A DNA stretch of 64,000 bases from Vicugna vicugna (lineage: Eukaryota), in the NCBI GenBank assembly GCA_013265495.1, contig MU062317.1, forward strand, positions 1,548,229 through 1,612,228, given 5' to 3'. The notes beneath the pieces are model-generated. The model ran no database searches. It was not told the DNA's origin and saw nothing but the letters and a program-made list of their open reading frames with translations. Position 1 is the stretch's first letter; each line of letters starts with the position of its first letter. Shown one piece after another: positions 56,530-64,000 of this stretch. The translations under genes were made by a program, and so were the position numbers.

Positions 56530-57420
56530 GGACAGAGCATCAGTCACCCACCACGTGATGTGCACGGGGAACAGGCAGAACTCCCACAGCTGAGCAAAAC
56601 CAAACAGCCGGCCCAATTCAAAAGGGACCAAGGACTTGACAGACCCTCCCCGAAGACGACACGCAGGGCCCTCGCGCACACGAGGTGCTCAGCACCACCG
56701 ACCTCCAGGGAAGCAAACCGCAGCGCAGCGAGACTCCACCGTGCGCCCGTCGGGGTGGCCACTATCGAAAACCAGAACAGCAAGCGCTGGCGGGGACGTG
56801 GGGGCGGGGAGCTGGGGCGCAGCTGCCGTGCGTGACGGCGTGGAGGCTCCTCAAGAAACCGACCACAGAACGACCACGTGAGCCCCCAACTCTGCTCGAG
56901 TGTTTGCACCCAGCAGAACTGGAAGCAGGGCCTGGAAGAGACCTCTGTGCACCCACGGTTACAGCAGCAGAAGTCACAGGAGCTAAAACACAGATTCAAT
57001 CCGGGTGTCCACCTACAGAAGGTGGATAAACAAACTGTGGCCCAGCCACACAGTGGAGCATCATTCAGCCCTAAAGAGGAAGGAGATTCTGAACGGCTAC
57101 CTCGTGGATGCACCTTGAGGACACTGCGCTCAGCGGAATAAGCCGTCACAACAGGCCACTGTGTGGCCCCACTTCTGTGAGGTCCCTGGAGGAGTCAAAA
57201 TCCTACAAGCAACAAGTAGGAGGGTGGGGGCCTGGGGCTGGGGGGGTGAGGAGTGAGTGTTGAGTAGGGGCAGAACTTCAGTTTGGGAAGAGAAGGCTCT
57301 GGCAACAATGGTGGTGATGGCTGCACAACTGTGAATGTGCTGAATGCCCCAGAGCTGTGCCCTTAAAGATGGGTAAGAAATTTTCTGATATGCATATTTC
57401 ACCACACACAAAAAAATAGG
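56530..57420 (+). mobile_element. Old L1MB-type 3' fragment, strongly GC-shifted
   Basis: gggaccaaggacttgacagacc, gtccacctacagaaggtggataaacaaactgtgg, catcattcagccctaaagaggaaggagattctg, ggtggtgatggctgcacaactgtgaatgtgctgaatgcc, ending in ccacacacaaaaaaa. Confidence 0.8.
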
Positions 57421-58030
57421 CAAATTACAGGAAAAAATATTAAAAGTAACAAAACGGCCAACCCGACTAGAAAAACATTAAACAATGAGATTTCCCCTTT
57501 CAGATTGACAAGGGTATTCTGAACGGCAGTGAAGGCTGCGGGGAGGCAGGGAAGTGGGCAGGTACCCGGCACGTGGTGAGAGAAAACGCTGGAAACAGAA
57601 AAACAAAGACCCTTAAAAAGGGCCCACATCTGGCCATCAGTCTACTGAGGAAATGACCAGAAACGTACACAGATTTAGGAAGAAACAGCCGCCCCACGTG
57701 ACTGCAGACGAAAAGGAAACACACGGACACATACTGTGCGTCTGAGTGAGTAAACGAAACAACAAAAAAAGGCATCTCAAACAGGCCAGGGTGCGTCCCT
57801 CTGACCCACCAGATCTCCGACGAGAAGCGCAGTGACACTGAACTGAGCCACCGGGAGACACAGGCCCTGTCCTCCCTGCAGGAGACCGCCAGACAGCACA
57901 ACCGCTTCCGGGAACAGCTCAGAGTGACGCAACCTGGTCCGGCCCGCGCTCCCGACACACGTGCACACACCTGCACCTGGAACACTCCACGCTCCTGCTG
58001 GAGGCACCCCGGGGGCCCAGCGCCCACCGA

Positions 58031-58061
<31 letters not shown>

Positions 58062-58062
58062 C
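58031..58062. repeat. (CACAGG)n hexanucleotide repeat, about 5 units
   Basis: cacaggcacaggcacaggcacaggcacaggcc. Confidence 0.85.
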
Positions 58063-59729
58063 AGCGCACGCACACAGCACCCGGGCCAGCAGACTGGGCA
58101 CCCAGGGGCCAGGTGAGCACCACTGACCATGCTGGACACAGGTCTGGGCACAGGGGCACGTTCAGGACGGCATCCCTGATGGGCAGAGGCACTGGTAATC
58201 AGGTGGCAGGAAGCAGGTGGCTGCGGTGGACGGGGCCTCCCACGGACCACACGCTGCCGCACTGAGGTCTCTCTGCAGCATCTCCTGTCGTGGCAGAAAT
58301 GCAGCCCAGGCCCGGGGCACTAGGTAAGTTCCAGAACCTCAACACCATGGATGACTCAAAATGCTCCGTGTCTGTACACATGCACGCAGAGGCGCGTGTG
58401 CAAGGCAGGCCCTTCAACCGCACGCCGCGGTGGCCCGGGCTCCTGCACAGCATGAGCAGAAGAGCAGGGCGGGCATGGGGGCCCTGGCTCTCGCAGTTCC
58501 GTACCTATCACACGCAGAAACACTTCGATGTAAAATAAGACGATGCCTGGGATTTGCTTTAAAAACGTCACGGCACCCTCACTGGAAGCGGAGGAAGAGG
58601 CTAGGGGGCCCAAGGGAGCACGGCACTGGCAACGGCGGAGCTGGGCACGTGGGCTGCGCCAAGCGCCTCTCTGCTCCAGGGCACTCGGGAACCTCCCCGT
58701 CGGGGAACTGCAGCCTGCTGGGTCCACAGACACGTAACCATGGCCCCGAAAGAAACGTGCTGTTCGCTGGTCCTCCCGGTGGAGCAGGGGAACTTAGGCC
58801 ACTCGCACTCCCGGGCGGTGACAAGAGCGAACCTGGCCTGGCCCTGCCCCACGGCCACGCACCCCTCCCTGTGCAAGCAGCAGAGGCAGAGGCCCAGGCA
58901 GGCAGGGCGACCACCAGCTCTGCAACGCTCTGCTGAGCCCCCTCCTCGCCTCTCCAGGCCACTCACCACCCCAGCCCAGGTCCCAGAAGGCTGGGGCCCC
59001 GAAGACACAGCCCACACTGTGGCACTGCCCTGCTGAGCCCTGGCCCAGTCCTTAGCCACCAAGGATCACAGGGTGAACCGAGACACAGGACCCTGTCCCA
59101 GGGACTCCTGAAGAGAGAACAGACCCATAAAAAGAATCACGAGAACCACAGTTCAAATTTAAACATTTAAGAGAGAAAACTTAGAACCTTACTATGCGAC
59201 AGGCACGCAGCTCAGTCAGGTAATTGCATCTGAGGGGCAATGACCCCCACAGAAGACCCCCAGGGACACGAGGCCACCGCCACAGCAGCGACAGGAAAAG
59301 TAAAGCAAATTCTTCCCAGACGGGAGGAGACTCCAACACGGATCTAACAGAAAGAGCAGCGTGCCCCAACCTCTGGCTCCCACCTAGGACCGTCCCGCAG
59401 AGACTGGGTGCCAGGCCAGCCACAACCGTCGGGGAGCCCACTCTGCTCCGAGGGAGGCCTCCTTCCACCCCCCAACACCCATGTACACTGCCCAGCCCAG
59501 CTCCACTGCAGGTGGCCGGACCCAGCTGGGCGGAGGGCTCTCCGTGTCCTCTCACCAGACCCCCGAGACCACCGCCCGCCAGCCCTGGGACACACGGAAC
59601 ACGGCCTGACTCCCAGAGCCACACGGAGCCAACCCACAGGCTCACCTTGCTTTCACAGCTTGAAGAGCTTTATAAACGGAGACAAAACCGACGAGGGTCA
59701 GGCAAGCCAGGCGACACTTATTACACACA

Positions 59730-59909
59730 NNNNNNNNNNNNNNNNNNNNNNNNNNNNNNNNNNNNNNNNNNNNNNNNNNNNNNNNNNNNNNNNNNNNNNN
59801 NNNNNNNNNNNNNNNNNNNNNNNNNNNNNNNNNNNNNNNNNNNNNNNNNNNNNNNNNNNNNNNNNNNNNNNNNNNNNNNNNNNNNNNNNNNNNNNNNNNN
59901 NNNNNNNNN
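59730..59909. other. Assembly gap (180 N)
   Basis: Run of N. Confidence 0.99.
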
Positions 59910-62324
59910 TTTAATGGTTTGGGCAACGTGGTTCTAACGCCGGAAGTGGGAGGCAGGTGAGGCAGAGCCAACGTCCCCCATCCCTGCCGCCGCCCGCATC
60001 CAGGAGAGCAGGGCAAGGCAGGCTGAGGCCGAGACCCTGGGGACTTCACACCAGGTGCGGGGTCCCCTCCTCGGGAGGGCCACCAGCCTTGGGGAGGGGA
60101 CCCTCGTCCGCCACACTCAGCCAACCAGCCCAGCAGAGACCCCGCTGGACACCTGCTGGCTGCCCAGCATCTCTGCCTCGACCTCCTCAGTGGGTAGCCC
60201 CGCCGGCCCCACTGCCCCGGTTCCTCCACGGGTGCAGCTAGCAGCAGCCCTGCCATCAACACACACTCGCCCCCCAGGTGGCGACAGACCAGAATAGACA
60301 ACCACACTGGCCTCACACAAACAAGCAGGAGGCCAGCCTGGCACACGTGCCTGCCTCCATGCAGGGAGGGGGAGCAGAAGGCAGGCCCCTAAGGCTGGAA
60401 CCGTGACGCCGCGGGCGCCACCCTCAGGAAGGGCTCCGGCCAGCGCATGGACTCGGGGTGGGGGGCAGGCCCCACCGTCACCCAGGGCCCAAGCAAGAAG
60501 GAGGGCCGCGGACGTCTCGGGCTGAGGGGCTTCCGTGTCACTTTCAGCGCAGAGTCCATGTCAAGCCAGCCCATGTGGCTGGCGTCTTCCCTGCGTGAGG
60601 CGCCCTGCGCCACACAGGCAAGGGGGGGTCTGCAGGGTGACAGCCACCCCTCACTCCAGGGGCTGGAGTGCAGCAGCAAGCTGACAGAGAGGACAATATT
60701 GGGGACATAAACGTGTCCACGGGGGCCATAAGAGAACCACAGCCCGCACCACCAGCAGCAGGAGGACCACCAGGACCACACGCGGCAGCGCCGCCCCAGC
60801 CAACCCCAGCTCTGTGCGTGGACAGCCAGGGGGTCGGGTCTGAGGCAGCGCACACGGCGGGGAGGCCGCGGCTGGTGCCAGCTGGCCCGTCACTGCCACT
60901 TGCCACATGGATGCCTCACCTACCAGCCAGGCCTGAGTCACAAACCACAGCCATGGGGCTAGGGTCACACAGGAACACTGAGGTGACAGCAAGTGGACGT
61001 GTGCCGTGCACAAGGAGCAGGCACTGCTCCCGGGGGAAGCGGGGCCTTGGCCCTGGACACTTGGTCCCGCAGGTGGTCCAGAATCCACCAGCCTCAGAGC
61101 CAGGTGGGCCACCAGCCTCCCTGGGGCTCAGGGCCCTCCTGGTCGTTGGTGTCGGGTGTGGCCGTGATGGCCACGGGCATGGGGGGCTGGGGAATGGTCT
61201 CCTGCCCACAAAGCAGGACAGACCCCCCAGCTCCCAGAACACACTTCCTCCCCAACAAGCTACGTGTCCCAGGAGAGGCGTGGGGGATGCCCCCGCCAGC
61301 TGGGAATGGTGGGGTGCAGCGGAGACAGTGCCTCCAGGCCCAGATTCCAGGAAGGCCCCCAGACACCAAGTCACAGCCAGCTGGCTCCTGGGATGCCAGA
61401 ACCGACAGCTCCTCAGGCAGAGGGAGGCTAGCACGGGCACACAGGACCCTGATACCTGGTGAGTGACCCAAAAACATATCCACTTCCCCCACCTGCAGTC
61501 CCAACAGGCTTCTGGTGTGATCAGACCTGGGGTTGGGGCGCACAGCTAAGTCAGCACCCCAGTTGGCACCTCACATGTGGGCTCTGGGGCCGGGTAAGGA
61601 GGGCGAGGGCCACACCAGAGCCGCACTGGCATCCTGGGCCCTCAGACCACCTGGGCTCCAACTGCCCTCAAGCCCACCAGCCTTACGTCCCTCCCCACCC
61701 CCACCCAGGGCCACCCACCTGCGATGTTTTCTCCGCAAACCAGCAGCATAGCGGCAGGAAGCCCATTTCCAGAGATGCTTCTTTCAAAGTAGCCAGCCAG
61801 CATCCCAGCAGAGGCCAGGTGTGGGTAGATGCAGGGCCAGGCCCATCCAGGTAGAGCCAGAGTGGGGGGCACCCTCGCATCACCCCCCAGGCAACGGCCC
61901 AGCGTCAGGCCCCAGCGGCCCTCGCAGATCTGAGAGAGGACGAGGATGCCCAACATCCGAAAGGCTGCTCCTCTCCGAGAAAGGCGCCGTCTCCTCTAGC
62001 CGTCAAGAGCAAAGCCGCCAATAAACCCTGACACCTAGTGATTTCAGGCTTCTGTGAGTCATTCAACAAGTATTTACTCCGGGCCCGGAACTGGGGACCC
62101 GGCCATGACCGAACTCCCCCACCCCCACGAAGCCAACAACACAACCACAAACACACAACCCCCAGGGCCGGCCGCAGCCAGGGCTCCCCGGAGAACCCAG
62201 ACCGCTGTGGGCTGTGCGGCCCACGGAGTCACGCCAAGACTTCCTGAATTATTATCTGTAGCTGCAAAATCAAGAAGTCAGAGCATTCTCTGAATCTTTC
62301 TAAGTCAAAAAGTAAAATCAGGAA

Positions 62325-62535
62325 GGGATAAATCGGGAGTTCAAGATTTGGAAATACTAATACGTACAAAATGGATAAACAAGTTCATACTGTATTCACA
62401 CTGGAAACTCTACTCATTCTCTCGCAGTAATTTACGGTGAAAAACAACATGAAAACGAGTACGTACGTTCACGTATGACTGAAGCACTATACTGTACACC
62501 AGAAGTTGGCACAACTGACTGTACTTCAATAAACA
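62325..62535 (+). mobile_element. Short lineage L1 3' UTR fragment
   Basis: gggataaatcgggagttcaagatt...aagttcatactgta...actgactgtacttcaataaa aligns by eye with 34339-34553. Confidence 0.85.
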
Positions 62536-63211
62536 CGTACACGCACAAATAAATATACATACACAAGAAATAGTATCAGAAAAGACACAAATGCCAAATA
62601 CCCAGACGGCACCTTGGCTGTTTCCAGGGTGCCCTCAGAGCTCTAAAAGCAGAGAGCTTCTACAACCCCAACCTCTAGTCACAGAAAAGCTGCGTAAAGG
62701 CTGTAGTTTGCTCCCTCGCCCACCCTGGAGCACGCTACGTGCTTCCTGAGTTCACCTGCACAAACTGCACCTGGTCGCTCTGGGGGCCTGGACTCCGAGG
62801 TCAGGAAAGTCTGGGGGGACCTGGGCCACGCTGGGCAGGCCACACGGCGGACACACGGCCCCGAGTCCCCCACCTGCCCCACACTGCTCTCACAGACATC
62901 GTCTGCAGCTCTAACCCACACCACCTGAAACCCACTTCAGACTACTCATGGCCCCGGCAGGGAGGAGCCACCCACCACAGGGGGCCCCCACTCCCAGGAA
63001 ACGGCTTCCTGTCCCTTCTCTGCGACTCCAACCTGCCAGGCGCATCTCCACCACATGTGCAGAGAAGCTCTCCGTGATCTCACGGCCCCCCACCTGGTGT
63101 GCCCGCAGTGTCCCCGGCGACTGGCGGGGCAGGAGGAAGGGCCCTCGGGAGAAAGGAGCCCCACTTCTCCTCCAGCCCTCTCAGATCTGAAGGAAATAAT
63201 TCGGCCTCTGT

Positions 63212-63342
63212 NNNNNNNNNNNNNNNNNNNNNNNNNNNNNNNNNNNNNNNNNNNNNNNNNNNNNNNNNNNNNNNNNNNNNNNNNNNNNNNNNNNNNNNNN
63301 NNNNNNNNNNNNNNNNNNNNNNNNNNNNNNNNNNNNNNNNNN
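63212..63342. other. Assembly gap (131 N)
   Basis: Run of N. Confidence 0.99.
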
Positions 63343-64000
63343 TCTCTGGGCCACAGAGAGTCCGGCCGCCGGCTGCGGCCACCTCCCGCCAGACAGCCAG
63401 GGTGCAGGGCCCGGAAGCACCGCCTCCCCCGGACCCTCCCACCGCCCAAGGGCCAGGGTGCGGGGCAGGGTTCAGTCACAGGGAGTGGCACACAGATGGA
63501 CTGCGAGGAAGGTGGGGAGTTGATGGCCTTACCCTCAAAGCCCTGCACTGACTGAGGGGCCCCGGAGGGGCAGCGGGGACAGGGGCGAGAGCCACTCAGT
63601 CACCTGCTGCCCCAAGGCAAGACACCGGCCCCAGGGAAACCTCGAAGGCAAGGGCCCCTGCCCAGCTCCAAGGAGGAGCCTGGAAACCAGCAGGACAGCT
63701 GAAGATGGCACATGCACAGATAAGCTGATGGCCCAGGCTTGGAGACCATGGCAAGGGCTCTGCTCACTGCACAGAATGAGGGTGCCCGGCCCTCCACGCC
63801 CTCCCTCCCTCATACACGCCAACCACGGGTTAGAAACCAGAGGCCTCGCTCAAACTGCCTCCTCGTTTGAGAAGATCCCCCACCTTCACTCTGCAGCCTT
63901 CACCCTGGCGACCAGATGGACTCACAGACCCCATCCTTCAGGACATGGGTGTGGGATCCATCTAGGAGCCCCGCCTCAGAGCGTCACCCAGGTTGGCACC

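Larger units (their letters stand above)
15190..64000 (-). other. SKI: SKI intron 1 (distal part; exon 1 is beyond the window)
   Basis: No ORF with the SKI N-terminal DHD/SAND sequence occurs in the window. Mammalian SKI has a very large first intron. Confidence 0.85.

Overview
Very GC-rich mammalian genomic DNA, almost certainly from a camelid: it carries a tRNA-derived SINE of the Vic-1 type at 42262-42400 and two matching lineage L1 3' UTR copies. The window holds the 3' part of the SKI proto-oncogene on the minus strand: coding exons 2-7 (15189 down to the TAG at 12013; 1224 nt, 407 codons plus stop, all introns GT-AG) and a ~2.8 kb 3' UTR ending near 9225. Everything from 15190 to the window end is the distal ~49 kb of SKI intron 1; exon 1 (DHD/SAND domains) lies beyond the right edge. 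Intron 1 is filled with decayed, GC-shifted L1 copies (all antisense to SKI), a MER5A, a MIR-like fragment, AT-rich motif-dense islands and two assembly gaps. Downstream of SKI (left) is an orphan CpG island with promoter/enhancer motifs. No other protein-coding gene is supported; the remaining long ORFs look like GC-rich artefacts. I found no convincing novel gene system. The best leads are regulatory, and all are motif-level hypotheses: an in-frame, stop-free 93-nt intron 2 with a weak donor and a G-quadruplex; a pair of inverted ROREs beside a CACGTG E-box cluster (possible circadian module); a SINE flanked by splice sites; and a palindromic bidirectional poly(A) signal in intron 1.
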